A stretch of DNA of 64,000 bases from Candidatus Hydrogenedens sp. (GTDB lineage Bacteria; Hydrogenedentota; Hydrogenedentia; Hydrogenedentales; Hydrogenedentaceae), in assembly GCA_049968235.1 (NCBI GenBank), contig JBMFRC010000007.1, forward strand, positions 64,001-128,000, in the 5' to 3' direction. The translations under genes were made by a program, and so were the position numbers. Below are positions 32,847 through 43,544 of this stretch, piece after piece (the first letter of the stretch is position 1; every line of letters begins with the position of its first letter). The notes beneath the pieces were generated by a model. That model ran no database searches and was not told the DNA's origin. It was given only the letters and a program-made list of their open reading frames with translations.

Positions 32847-34157
32847 TTATGACACAACTTGTAGAATTTGTTTCACTTCTTCAGAGGCATTTGTGCCGAT
32901 AGGTTTTAAGTCATATTTCTCCTGTAAAATTTTTAGCACATTAGGAGTAATAAACGCTGGTAAAGCAGGACCTAACCGGATGCCTTTTACACCTAACGAT
33001 AATAAAGTTAATAACACAGCAACGGCTTTTTGTTCAAACCAACTGACAACAAGGGTTAAGGGTAAATCGTTCACTCCACAATTAAAGACCTTTGCCAGAG
33101 CAAGGGCGGTCTGAATAGCACCGTAAGAATCATTACATTGCCCCATATCTAATAAACGAGGAATTCCCTCCACATCCCCGTATTCATAATTACGGATACG
33201 GTATTTACCGCAACCTAATGTGAGAATAAGCGACTCTTTAGGGGTATTCTGTGCAAAATCAGCAAAGTAGTTACGACCGGGTTCAGCACCATCACAACCA
33301 CCAATAAGGAATATATGCTTAATTTTTCCTGCCTTGATTAACTCTATAAGTTTATCCGCAATGGAAAGGATATAGGTCCAATGAAAGCCAATAGTACTTT
33401 CTTTTATTTCGGTAGGTTGTAATGGACCTATTTCAAGTGCTTTTTTAATAACAGGTGAGAAATCACCATCGTTAAGACGAGGTGCACCCGGTACACCTGT
33501 GCAATGAAGTGTAAATAAACGATCAAGATAAGTATTATGACTTGCCGGGATAAGAACGCAGTTTGTAGTAACAACTATAGGACCACCAAATCTTTCAAAT
33601 TCCTTCCGCTGAAGTTGCCATGCACCGCCATAATGACCAGCAAAATGCGAATATTCCCGTAATTTCGGATACATATGAGCAGGTAACATTTCTCCATGCG
33701 TATAGACTTTAATCCCTGTGCCCTTTGTTTGTTCCAGTAATTGTTTCAAATCTAAAAGGTCATGTCCGGTAATGAGAATGCCGGGACCTTCTTGAATTCC
33801 TTCCTTGACCCTTACTGGGGATGGATTCCCGAAAGTTTCTACATGTGCAATGTTTAGTAACTCCATCGTTTTTAAGTTCATCTTGCCACATTCAAGAACT
33901 AATTCCAGAAGGTGCGTCATGTCAAAGTTCACATTGGTCATGGTCGCAAATAAGGCACGCTCAATAAATTCTTCAATTTCCGGGTCCGTTTTCCCTAAAC
34001 GGCGGGCATGATGTTTGTATGCAGACATTCCTTTCAATCCATAGAGTAGTGTCTTCTGTAAAGACTCCATATCTGCATCTTTACCACAGACACCTTTCTG
34101 TGTACAACCGGTACCATTAAAGGTTTGTTCACATTGGTCGCAAAACATATTTGCCAT
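32847..34157 (-). CDS. hcp: hybrid-cluster protein (hydroxylamine reductase), short form
   Basis: N-terminus MFCDQCEQTFNGTGCTQKGVCGK is the canonical Hcp Cys cluster; 436 aa, shorter than class-1 Hcp. Confidence 0.8.
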   Translation of the reverse strand: MANMFCDQCEQTFNGTGCTQKGVCGKDADMESLQKTLLYGLKGMSAYKHHARRLGKTDPEIEEFIERALFATMTNVNFDMTHLLELVLECGKMNLKTMELLNIAHVETFGNPSPVRVKEGIQEGPGILITGHDLLDLKQLLEQTKGTGIKVYTHGEMLPAHMYPKLREYSHFAGHYGGAWQLQRKEFERFGGPIVVTTNCVLIPASHNTYLDRLFTLHCTGVPGAPRLNDGDFSPVIKKALEIGPLQPTEIKESTIGFHWTYILSIADKLIELIKAGKIKHIFLIGGCDGAEPGRNYFADFAQNTPKESLILTLGCGKYRIRNYEYGDVEGIPRLLDMGQCNDSYGAIQTALALAKVFNCGVNDLPLTLVVSWFEQKAVAVLLTLLSLGVKGIRLGPALPAFITPNVLKILQEKYDLKPIGTNASEEVKQILQVVS

Positions 34158-34222
34158 AAATTTTTCTCCTACATTTAAGGTTAATATTTTGGAAAATATA
34201 TATTATAGATATATTATATCTA

Positions 34223-34238
34223 ATATATATATATATAT
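34223..34238. repeat. (TA)8 dinucleotide tract inside a 680-bp AT-rich region upstream of hcp
   Basis: ctaATATATATATATATATgtc, seen directly; the surrounding region 34158-34837 has no long ORF. Confidence 0.5.
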
Positions 34239-34837
34239 GTCAAATCAAATAGTTTGTCGATTGTGATTAGATACAAATGGTAGTAAACAAATATAAAGAG
34301 TAATGAAAGACCCTATCTGAAATTTTTCTTCCTGTAAGAATACATCTGCTACATCTCAGACATATTGTTATTGGAGTAACTAATTTTCGCCCATTCATCA
34401 TAGCAGTAGCGGACTTGTTTCCTTGTAGATATTTTTCAAACAAACACTACTTTCTTGAATAATTGTTTTCCGGAAAATACAGAATTTCTCTTGCAAGGAT
34501 ATATAACATGCAGATTTGTTTGTGTCTAACTCAATAGATATTCTATGTGTTTTATTCAAAATATCTTAATATACTGTCCTTTCATGTTTTTCCAAAAAAT
34601 TCTTTAGAAATGAATTGCTTTCTCATTTGTATCGTCTTTTAAAGCAGTTAATACAAATCACTCGAGAAAGGATACGACAATGAAAATGAAACACATGACA
34701 ACAATCACTAAGGGACAAAATCATCCCAAAACGGCATCTTCCGCGGAAGCACTATTTTTCTATTTATATTTCACTGTAATTTCTGTTATGTTATCTGCTG
34801 CATTTGCCGAAAAAGGTAACTAATATCTATAACGGTT

Positions 34838-35821
34838 CTATTTACCTTTAACTGCCTCTATAACTGTATCCATTTGTTCCCCATGAATCTTAAAATGAAC
34901 ATTTTTGAACCCTGCCTGATTTAAATCCTCTTTAATCTCCTCAAAGGTATATGTGCCTCCTCCTTGCGTCCCTACTAACATATTAATTGCAAATAATGCC
35001 CCAGTCTTCGGATGTGTCCTATCTTCGGACATTACATAATCTCGTATCCACAAAACACCTCCTGTTTCCAGAGCAGACATGCATTTCTTATATAGATTTA
35101 CATTTTGTTTCCGGCTGTTCTGATGTATTATTGCCGATAACCACAAAAAATCATATCCACACGGTAATTCATCCTTATAAAAATCTCCGGCATAAAAATC
35201 TATCCTGTCTTTATAGGGAGAATTTTTCAATCGTTCTCTGGCTATATCTATAACTGGGGGTAAGTCAAATATTGTTGCCTGTAATTGAGGATTCATCTCG
35301 ATAAAGGCTTCAGAATAAGTTCCTGACGCTCCTCCTACATCTAACATTTTTTTATAAGGGATAGTCCCTAATTTTTTTAACAACGGTCTGGATGCTCTCT
35401 GGGCAAGCACATGCATACCTAAAATAAACGCCTTCAACTGGTCTGAACTCATCTGTTCAACAGGTTTTATTGTAATTGTTTTTCCTCTTACTATATCTGT
35501 AAGTTGAGACCAGCGATGCCATAAATTTGCATAATGTTCTAACATAGGCAACATACATTCGGGACCTTTTTTACTTAAAAAAGGAACTACTTCTATAGAA
35601 GTTTTATATTTTCCCTCTTTCTTTTCCAGCAATTTCATAGCAGACATCGCATCCAGTAAATACTGTGTTGCCCTTTCTTCGGAATGTAATTCTTTACATA
35701 TTTCCTGCAAATCCATCTCTTTCTCTGACAGCAATGTAAAAATATTCAGTTCAACACCTGTAAGTAAAACCCGTGCTTCACGAAACTTAATAGCAATTTC
35801 TACCAATTTAGGGAAGTCCAT
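34838..35821 (-). CDS. class I SAM-dependent O-methyltransferase (family 2 type with dimerisation domain)
   Basis: MLDVGGASGTYSEAF SAM motif I; overall O-MT architecture. Confidence 0.75.
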   Translation of the reverse strand: MDFPKLVEIAIKFREARVLLTGVELNIFTLLSEKEMDLQEICKELHSEERATQYLLDAMSAMKLLEKKEGKYKTSIEVVPFLSKKGPECMLPMLEHYANLWHRWSQLTDIVRGKTITIKPVEQMSSDQLKAFILGMHVLAQRASRPLLKKLGTIPYKKMLDVGGASGTYSEAFIEMNPQLQATIFDLPPVIDIARERLKNSPYKDRIDFYAGDFYKDELPCGYDFLWLSAIIHQNSRKQNVNLYKKCMSALETGGVLWIRDYVMSEDRTHPKTGALFAINMLVGTQGGGTYTFEEIKEDLNQAGFKNVHFKIHGEQMDTVIEAVKGK

Positions 35822-35838
35822 ATATTTACCTTTCTCAT

Positions 35839-36672
35839 TTATCTATTAAAAAAGGAACATAACAGAAAGTTTACCATATCTGCCTTCTGATAGTTTACTG
35901 CATGTGTCCCACCTTTTATGGCATGTAAAGTAAGCCATGGAATCCATTCTGTTATTTGCTTACTTAAATAAAACGGCACAACATTATCTTCCTCTCCCCA
36001 TATCAGATACCCTTCTCGTTTCTGTCTTCCTAATTGAATATACACCTCTTCCATATCGCATATAGGACCATACTTTAATGTTGACAATATGGCTTCTCTA
36101 TATCCCGGGATTTTCATCTGTTCTTCATAAATCTTTTGCATATAAATTTTATCTTCAATAGAGTCTCCAATCGTTTCCTGAACACCCTTAATTAAAGCCT
36201 TTTTACCAAAAACTTCATAAAGGATTTCTCCAATTCCAGATATACCCATTAACTTCATTCCCCATGTGCGTTTTAATAAACCTGCAGGTGCAATTAATAC
36301 AACTCTATCTACCATTTCAGGATAACGCACTGTGAAATAACTTACAATAGCACCTCCCATACTTAACCCTACAAGGTTTACAGGTAAAGGAAGTGATAAA
36401 CTATTTATTAGTTCATATAACTGAGTAATAAACAAATCTGAATCATAACGAACCAGAGGACGAGCAGAATAACCTCTACCATAAAGGTCATATCGAATAA
36501 CACAACAATAATTAGACAACTCATAGACATTTTTATCCCAGATACACATTGGTGAAGACAGACCATGTACAAATACTACAACAGTTCGTGAAACATCCCC
36601 CAACTTTTCAAAACACGTTTTCCCTTTGCTAAGTTCTATATATTGATATTCTTTATCCCTCATAAAATTCAT
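35839..36672 (-). CDS. alpha/beta-fold hydrolase
   Basis: VVFVHGLSSP oxyanion region and LVGLSMGGAIV nucleophile elbow. Confidence 0.8.
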   Translation of the reverse strand: MNFMRDKEYQYIELSKGKTCFEKLGDVSRTVVVFVHGLSSPMCIWDKNVYELSNYCCVIRYDLYGRGYSARPLVRYDSDLFITQLYELINSLSLPLPVNLVGLSMGGAIVSYFTVRYPEMVDRVVLIAPAGLLKRTWGMKLMGISGIGEILYEVFGKKALIKGVQETIGDSIEDKIYMQKIYEEQMKIPGYREAILSTLKYGPICDMEEVYIQLGRQKREGYLIWGEEDNVVPFYLSKQITEWIPWLTLHAIKGGTHAVNYQKADMVNFLLCSFFNR

Positions 36673-36682
36673 CTATCATATC

Positions 36683-37273
36683 CTATAAAAAAGACTTTAG
36701 TGGATGAAAAACATTATCTTCTGTAATAATCCAATCAACGGGAACATCCCAGTTCCTGCGAGGACATAACATTACTATCTGGAAACTATAACAAAAACCC
36801 ACAGAAACGCATTGTCTATTATTACCTAAAAATCGGTCATAAAATCCTTTCCCATATCCAATCCGATAACCACGACGGTCAAAAACAATCCCCGGGACAA
36901 TGCACACTGTATTCTCTTTTATATTATCCGTAGATGGTTCCCAATCATCCGGAGGTTCTAATATACCCCGAGAACTAATCTCTAATTTTTTTATTTTCTC
37001 TTCATTAATTAGATACCATGCCAGATTATGACCTTTTACACGGGGTATCCACACCTTTTTCCCTCTTTCAAGCAGTGAACAAATAACAGATTTTGTTTCC
37101 ACTTCTCCCCGTTCATCAGACATATATACAAAAAAATTTTCTTTTGAATCCCACCAATCTAATGAAAAAAACAACTTTTTTATTCTTTCACTTTTCTCTT
37201 TTACTTCGTCAGGTAAAAGTAACCTCCTACAAAATAATACCTTCTTCCGTAACTCTTCTTTAGATATATTCAT
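36683..37273 (-). CDS. 5-formyltetrahydrofolate cyclo-ligase family protein
   Basis: GYRIGYGKGFYDRFL matches the MTHFS family GxGxGYYDR motif. Confidence 0.75.
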   Translation of the reverse strand: MNISKEELRKKVLFCRRLLLPDEVKEKSERIKKLFFSLDWWDSKENFFVYMSDERGEVETKSVICSLLERGKKVWIPRVKGHNLAWYLINEEKIKKLEISSRGILEPPDDWEPSTDNIKENTVCIVPGIVFDRRGYRIGYGKGFYDRFLGNNRQCVSVGFCYSFQIVMLCPRRNWDVPVDWIITEDNVFHPLKSFL

Positions 37274-37301
37274 TTCTTTCTATCTAATACTTGCTGATAA
37301 A

Positions 37302-37712
37302 TTAATAAAAAACCACATGGAAGAGAGCATCATTCGATGCTTTTATCTTGAACTGAACAGGAACTTCTTTATCTTGCGGTGCCAAAATTTGACCGATTAA
37401 AGAAGAAATCACATAAAACCGTATTTCTATTTGTTCTGGATAACTTTCTGCTATCGATACGGTTTTTCCGAGATAAAAACATAACTGATTTGGAAATACA
37501 AATTTCCCTGAAAAGTTCCATTCTTCCATATCAACACTCTCTTTTGTAATTGTCCCTGTAAAGCCCAGAGGACCCTCAACTCTATAACCAAATTCTGTGG
37601 ACAATAATGTCAATTCTCCTTCTCCAAAAGGCTTACAGATACATCCCGAAAATCCAATAATTAAAAATAAAGCAATAATAATCGGCATTGTTTTTTTCAT
37701 CAGATTCTTCAT
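37302..37712 (-). CDS. small exported/lipoprotein-like hypothetical protein
   Basis: Signal peptide with lipobox-like FSGC; 136 aa. Confidence 0.5.
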   Translation of the reverse strand: MKNLMKKTMPIIIALFLIIGFSGCICKPFGEGELTLLSTEFGYRVEGPLGFTGTITKESVDMEEWNFSGKFVFPNQLCFYLGKTVSIAESYPEQIEIRFYVISSLIGQILAPQDKEVPVQFKIKASNDALFHVVFY

Positions 37713-37825
37713 TATCTTTTTCTCCTCAAATAAAATTATAAATTACTTTTGAATATTACAAATTCTAATGAAACCCAGATGTCTTTCAATCTGTCTCTAT
37801 ATATGGTAATAAACATACTACGCGC

Positions 37826-38842
37826 GTGGCAAAAAACAAAACCAGAAAGGATATGCGTATGTTAAAAAAGAAAGGATTTACTTTAATTGAGTTGTTGGTT
37901 GTAATTGCTATTATTGGTATACTTGCAGCCATCTTGCTACCTGCCCTTGCCCGTGCACGCGAAGCGGCTCGCCGTTCCAGTTGTCAAAACAATCTGAAAC
38001 AATGGGGACTTGTCCTTAAAATGTATTCCAACGAAGCAAGAGGAGAACGATTTCCTCCTGTTCAATTTGGTGCCTATCCACAAATTAACGGAAATATCGA
38101 AGTTCGTGCCGACCTTTGTCCCAGTACCTTCTTAATCTATCCTGAATATCTCAACGACCCTATGATAGCCTTTTGTCCATCGGACTCCGACTATCGTCAA
38201 ACAATTACTCGTGCCAAATATCCTGACCGTGATGATTGGTGTATAAATGTATATGCCAGTGATACAGTATCCTGTGCCTCTGCTATGGATTCAAGTTATA
38301 TTTACTTAGGATTGGTCATGGACCGTATAGGCGATGAATGGCCTATGGTAGATATTACCCCTATGGTAAATGTTTTGAATTCACTTGGAGCAGGTCCTGT
38401 ATCCGGTTCAGGGAATGCCCCCGCACAGTTAGTTTACGGATTAATGGCATTGGCAAAACCGGAACTCATTACTGCTGTTAATACAAAAGATAATGCAGGT
38501 ATTATGCGCGTCGTTGATGCAGACATAACAAGTTCTATACTTGATGGCTATGGTAATGGAGGAACCAATACCGTTTACCGGTTGCGTGAAGGGATTGAAA
38601 GATTTCTCATCACAGATATTAATAATCCCGCATCCAGTTCAAAAGCACAGAGTAGTCTACCTATCATGTTCGATAAAGTATCAACTGATGCTTCAAACTT
38701 TAACCATATTCCAGGAGGGTCGAATGTCCTTTATCTTGATGGACATGTCGAATTTCTCCGTTACCAACCGACGGGCGGAACTGCTCCTGTAACACAAGCA
38801 GTAGCAGTTGTCATCGGAGTTCTTGTTTCCGCATTGACATAA
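37826..38842 (+). CDS. DUF1559 (H-X9-DG) protein with prepilin-type N-terminal cleavage/methylation domain
   Basis: [43 protein letters not shown] at the N-terminus and [17 protein letters not shown] near the C-terminus; hallmark of Planctomycetota-type genomes. Confidence 0.85.
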   Translation: MAKNKTRKDMRMLKKKGFTLIELLVVIAIIGILAAILLPALARAREAARRSSCQNNLKQWGLVLKMYSNEARGERFPPVQFGAYPQINGNIEVRADLCPSTFLIYPEYLNDPMIAFCPSDSDYRQTITRAKYPDRDDWCINVYASDTVSCASAMDSSYIYLGLVMDRIGDEWPMVDITPMVNVLNSLGAGPVSGSGNAPAQLVYGLMALAKPELITAVNTKDNAGIMRVVDADITSSILDGYGNGGTNTVYRLREGIERFLITDINNPASSSKAQSSLPIMFDKVSTDASNFNHIPGGSNVLYLDGHVEFLRYQPTGGTAPVTQAVAVVIGVLVSALT

Positions 38843-38875
38843 AATACTACATCTCTCAATTGATGTATTTTGCAT

Positions 38876-38920
38876 AAATAGGCAGAAAACTTAATATAGT
38901 GTTTCTGCCTATTTTTATTT
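38876..38920 (+). terminator. rho-independent terminator
   Basis: AAATAGGCAGAAAC-ttaatatagt-GTTTCTGCCTATTTTTATTT. Confidence 0.65.
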
Positions 38921-39007
38921 ATGTAAAAGAAACCTTTTTCTCTTTTTTAAGTATAATAAAAGAAAAAATTTTTTAAATAATTTTCACTAACAATTCAGGA
39001 TTTTACT

Positions 39008-40003
39008 ATGAACCCAAAACCGATTATTGCTATAACAATGGGAGATATTAATGGTATTGGTCCCGAAATAATTGGCAAAGTTTTAATAAATAAAGAAATC
39101 TTAAAAATCTGTACCCCCATAATACTCGGAAACATACAGGCATATCAGTACTATTGCAGTAAATTAAAAAACTATTTGGAACCCATCAAAATTGATACCC
39201 CCGAAGAAGCCCTGCATCTGAAAAACAAAGTCGGCATCATTGAACTGGAATATCAAAATTTAAAAATAAGACCAGGAATCATTGACCCAAAAAATAGCAT
39301 CTCTGCAACCGCATGGATTCACCAGGCAGTTAAATGGTGTATTGAAAAAAGATGTGATGCCATTGTAACCTGTCCCATAACGAAAGAAGGGTTAGCCCGA
39401 GCAAAAATCCCCTATGATGGACATACTACTATGTTAGCAGACTGGACAAAAACAAAAAATTATCGGATGTCTCTATTCGCAGGAAATATGCGAGTTGTTC
39501 ATCATACCGCTCACAAATCACTACTAAATGCTATTCAGAGTCTTAACAAAAAAGACTTGATAAAAACTATTGAAATTGGATACAACGCATTAAAAACAAT
39601 TTGCACGCACACATTTCATATAGGTGTTGCGGGACTGAACCCCCATGCAGGGGAACAGGGACTTTTCGGAAATGAAGAATTAGATATTATTTCACCAGCC
39701 ATCAATACATGCAAGAAGAAAGGAATTCCCTGTTCAGGACCTTATCCCCCGGATACCATTTTCCGAAGAATGTTCCGGGGGGAATTTGATATGATTATTG
39801 CTATGTATCACGACCAGGGACACATCCCTATGAAACTCATAGCCATGGACAAAGGCGTCAATGTTACATTAGGATTACCCATCATAAGAACATCCGTTGA
39901 CCATGGGACTGCATTTGATATTGCAGGTAAAGGGATTGCTTGCGAACAAAGTCTATATCACGCCATAAAACTCGCTATCCAATTCACAAAAAAGAAAGAT
40001 TGA
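39008..40003 (+). CDS. pdxA: 4-hydroxythreonine-4-phosphate dehydrogenase family (PdxA-like)
   Basis: IAITMGDINGIGPEI N-terminus and the metal-binding His region (MYHDQGH). Confidence 0.8.
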   Translation: MNPKPIIAITMGDINGIGPEIIGKVLINKEILKICTPIILGNIQAYQYYCSKLKNYLEPIKIDTPEEALHLKNKVGIIELEYQNLKIRPGIIDPKNSISATAWIHQAVKWCIEKRCDAIVTCPITKEGLARAKIPYDGHTTMLADWTKTKNYRMSLFAGNMRVVHHTAHKSLLNAIQSLNKKDLIKTIEIGYNALKTICTHTFHIGVAGLNPHAGEQGLFGNEELDIISPAINTCKKKGIPCSGPYPPDTIFRRMFRGEFDMIIAMYHDQGHIPMKLIAMDKGVNVTLGLPIIRTSVDHGTAFDIAGKGIACEQSLYHAIKLAIQFTKKKD

Positions 40004-40008
40004 TTTAC

Positions 40009-41283
40009 ATGATACCTTACTTCAACAAATCATTATACATGCTCTTTCCTCTATTGTTTTTATTAACTACTTTTGCATATTCCCAGACCTTTTCTCTTTA
40101 TCCTCAATTCTTACAAGTAGGTCCTAATCCTTATTCAATTGCTATTGCCGACATTAATGGAGACGAAATAGTGGACATTGTTACTGCAGACCGTGGTGAA
40201 ATGCGAAATCCTCGTGAAGAAAAACCTGCAAACGATGAATTATCTATCCTGCTATCTCAAGGAATTTTAAATTACATAAAATTACATCCTTCTTTAAAAA
40301 CCGATTTTGCTCCCTACGCCATCGCTATCGCCAATATGGACTCTCTCAAATGGCCGGATATTGTTGTTGCAAATTTCCTCGCTAAAAAAAATCAAGATAT
40401 CCAGATATTCCATAACTTAAAGGAAGAAAACATTTTTACGGTTACCTCTATAAAAATCCCGGACGATAGTTTAAAATATGCACGATTTCTTGATGGAGAC
40501 GAGCAACCTCTTTTTACAACTCCAGGTTTAACATCTCTGGTAATTACCGATATAAATAAGGACGGATTAAATGATGTAATCACAACAGGTTGGAGTAGCG
40601 ATATCGTAGCAGTCTTGCTCGGAGATTCAAAAGAATCCTTAATCCTGCATCAAATTCTCCCTACTCCGGGAGGACCTCGGTCAATTGCAACAAATGACTT
40701 TGATAATGACAAATTAACCGATATTGTTGTAACAATGTATAATTCTGGCGAACTTTTATTCTTGAAAGGGAATGAAGAATACAATTTTTATGAACACTCA
40801 CGAATCCTCACACGAGGTGCTCAACCCAATCGTATATTCCTTGCTGATTTCAATGCTGATGGGAAAACAGACATTGTAATTACTCACAGAAAAGTTAACC
40901 AACCCCTCGAAATCTTATACGGTGACACCGTTCCTTTCTCTTTCCGTTTATCGGATACTTTCTATTTTAATACTTCAGACCCTGAGGTAAACACGGAAAT
41001 GATGGACATTACTGTATCTGACTTCAACAATGACCGACTTCCTGATATTGCAATTGCTGACAGAAAAGGACAACAACTTATTGTTATGATAAACAAAGGT
41101 GCAAACCCCAAAAAAGACACCACCCAACCTACCTCATTTACACCAGAAAAATATCCAATAAAATCAGGAAAACCAGTAGCCATTAACTCTGCGGACCTAA
41201 ATCAAGATGGTTTTGTAGATATAATTATCAGCACACAGGATACCAATGAAGTCTTATTTTTCTTGAACAATAAGAAAAAATAA
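40009..41283 (+). CDS. secreted FG-GAP/VCBS repeat beta-propeller protein
   Basis: Signal peptide; at least 6 Ca-binding-like D-x-N-x-D-G-x-x-D repeats (DINGDEIVDI, DINKDGLNDV, DFDNDKLTDI, DFNADGKTDI, DFNNDRLPDI, DLNQDGFVDI). Confidence 0.75.
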   Translation: MIPYFNKSLYMLFPLLFLLTTFAYSQTFSLYPQFLQVGPNPYSIAIADINGDEIVDIVTADRGEMRNPREEKPANDELSILLSQGILNYIKLHPSLKTDFAPYAIAIANMDSLKWPDIVVANFLAKKNQDIQIFHNLKEENIFTVTSIKIPDDSLKYARFLDGDEQPLFTTPGLTSLVITDINKDGLNDVITTGWSSDIVAVLLGDSKESLILHQILPTPGGPRSIATNDFDNDKLTDIVVTMYNSGELLFLKGNEEYNFYEHSRILTRGAQPNRIFLADFNADGKTDIVITHRKVNQPLEILYGDTVPFSFRLSDTFYFNTSDPEVNTEMMDITVSDFNNDRLPDIAIADRKGQQLIVMINKGANPKKDTTQPTSFTPEKYPIKSGKPVAINSADLNQDGFVDIIISTQDTNEVLFFLNNKKK

Positions 41284-41306
41284 TTTTTGCTTTAATGCAT
41301 TAAATT

Positions 41307-43544
41307 TTACTGGCTAATATTCTCTTTCCAGTATTTCTTATTACGCCATTCCCTTATCCTTCCCCACCAATACATTTTTTTCTTTTCATCCCATGGCTTA
41401 TTTCCAAACCGTATTAAATTATACTCCTCTAAAAAAGTCTGAATTTCATTATACAATAAAGGAATTCTGCCCGGTAGTTCTCGCTCTATCTCCTCAACAG
41501 TTAAATTCTGAATCTTCCAGTTATTTCTCGCAAACAAAATTTCCAGTTTTTTAAATAATTGTTTTGCTTCATACTGGTCCTTAGTTAGAGAAATTTTTCT
41601 TGTTTTAACTTGATAAATACGAAATACCCTCCACAATATCTGCCATATCAATCCTAAAAGATAAAGAATACTAAGAAATATTAAAAGGATTACTATAGTC
41701 CCCACCGAAGGAACCGTTATCTTTCCACCCGGATTAATGTAATCATCCAGACTTTTTATAAAACCAAACTTTTCAAGTCCAAAACTAGGCAATTGAAATC
41801 CACGGTCAAATCCTACAACCTGTTGATACCAGAACATTCGTGTACGTAACATCCAACGCGTTAATTGCATTATAATCTGGTTCCTCATAAAATAATTAGA
41901 ATCAGGTAATGGGGATGGGTCAAAAGGGACCCAGCCATAGTTAAGAAATAAGACCTCCACCCATAGATGAGCCATCCCCTCTCGTACAAGATAAGAACGG
42001 CTTTGTGTGTCCCATTCTCCTCCTACATATCCTGAAACTACACGAGCAGGTATCCCCAAACTTCGTACAGCAAGAGCCATTGCACTGGCAAACAGTTCAC
42101 AATGTCCACGACGAATCTGCAAAAAAAAGGCATTCATCGGATGGTCTCCTGGCAATGGAGGTATATCCAACGTATATTGAAATTCCGGACCTGATAGCCA
42201 ATCTTCTATCGCAAGAACTTTATCATACACAGTTGCTTTCCCTTCCACAACCCTCTGGATTCGTGCTTGCACCTCCGGTGATAAATCATGTTGCGTTAAT
42301 AAATCATAATCCCGCTGAGACATAATTTCTTTATAATTATCCGGAGCCGTCCTCAATTTTGTTCCATCCCACTGAATAAGATCTGAAACCACACGATAAA
42401 CCAATCTCCGTGCATTATTAGAAGAAAACGATACTGTATAATCCTTTGTAGAATCCCAATTTAATGAAACCTGACTTCCTGATTCCCTCACACGAAATTC
42501 CCTCACACGGTCTAACACAGGAATACCATCTTCTGGAATATTGTCAAGATATATCTCCTGCACAACCTGAGTAGAAGGCATCTCCCTTTCTCTATCTAAG
42601 ATAACCGTATTTCTTCCTCCATTTTTTTGCACTTGAATGGCTCGTAATAATCCCATAAAAGAAATAGAACCACTTGTAGGTTCATACGAATCCTCCAGAG
42701 GCCATCTACGCCATTGTATTCCAAGATAAGTAGGTAAACTTGTAATGCGCCAATATAATTGATTCTGTGGTATCGGTGGATTTATACCTGCTGAAGGAAT
42801 GAAAACACTCATTACTGGTATATAAGAGATAGCAATAGTCTGCCCTCCCCTCAATGAGACACTGGTTGCAATCCCTGTTCTCGAAATGGCTCCTAAATCA
42901 CGACCAAAAATCCCTGCTTCCATACGAGGCATAAATAAAAATCCGGAAATGATAAAAGCCCAACCTATAACAATATTCAATAAAACAAAAACGACCAGAT
43001 AAAACCGATACGCAGGAAATATCCGCTTCAAATGAACCCATGGAACAGAAATACTCCTTCCCTGTTTATCTTTTCCATAAACCACTGTAACAACTGGCAA
43101 TAAAATAAAAACACAACATACAAACAAAATAAACGAAATACCTACAATAAATTCAGGAGCCTGAACCCCTGCTCCCAATAGTAGGAAAAAACTCATCAAA
43201 ATAATATACAGATACTCTTTCATTCCCTTAGGTCGCACTACCAATGTTAACTGTATCATGCCCGTCAGTAAAAGCACCGTATCCAATATCCCCAATACCA
43301 TTATTAACACCGGTAAAGCAATGCTCACTACCCACAATGGAATTTGAACCCAAAACGGATATCCGGGATACTTCTCTACAATTTTTTCAACAAAAAAACT
43401 TAATATCAACGGCACTATCGGAATAAATAGCACTACCATCCCATAGGACCGAACTGCTGTTAACGCCAGGTATGCAGACATTACTGCAATCAATACTGAT
43501 AGTTTTAATATCAAATTATGTCTATCTTCCTGCAGAAATAACAT
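41307..43544 (-). CDS. transglutaminase-like membrane protein (TgpA-like)
   Basis: Multi-TM N-terminal region, then transglutaminase core RRGHCELFASAMALAVRSLGIPARVVSGY (catalytic Cys). Confidence 0.8.
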   Translation of the reverse strand: MLFLQEDRHNLILKLSVLIAVMSAYLALTAVRSYGMVVLFIPIVPLILSFFVEKIVEKYPGYPFWVQIPLWVVSIALPVLIMVLGILDTVLLLTGMIQLTLVVRPKGMKEYLYIILMSFFLLLGAGVQAPEFIVGISFILFVCCVFILLPVVTVVYGKDKQGRSISVPWVHLKRIFPAYRFYLVVFVLLNIVIGWAFIISGFLFMPRMEAGIFGRDLGAISRTGIATSVSLRGGQTIAISYIPVMSVFIPSAGINPPIPQNQLYWRITSLPTYLGIQWRRWPLEDSYEPTSGSISFMGLLRAIQVQKNGGRNTVILDREREMPSTQVVQEIYLDNIPEDGIPVLDRVREFRVRESGSQVSLNWDSTKDYTVSFSSNNARRLVYRVVSDLIQWDGTKLRTAPDNYKEIMSQRDYDLLTQHDLSPEVQARIQRVVEGKATVYDKVLAIEDWLSGPEFQYTLDIPPLPGDHPMNAFFLQIRRGHCELFASAMALAVRSLGIPARVVSGYVGGEWDTQSRSYLVREGMAHLWVEVLFLNYGWVPFDPSPLPDSNYFMRNQIIMQLTRWMLRTRMFWYQQVVGFDRGFQLPSFGLEKFGFIKSLDDYINPGGKITVPSVGTIVILLIFLSILYLLGLIWQILWRVFRIYQVKTRKISLTKDQYEAKQLFKKLEILFARNNWKIQNLTVEEIERELPGRIPLLYNEIQTFLEEYNLIRFGNKPWDEKKKMYWWGRIREWRNKKYWKENISQ

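Noticed and set aside
34680-34823. 47-codon plus-strand ORF (MKMKHMTTITKGQNHPK...) with a possible SD in the hcp upstream region
   Set aside because: Only a marginal SD, no recognisable domain, and it lies in a region likely to be hcp promoter/UTR on the other strand. Mentioned under findings as a caveat only.
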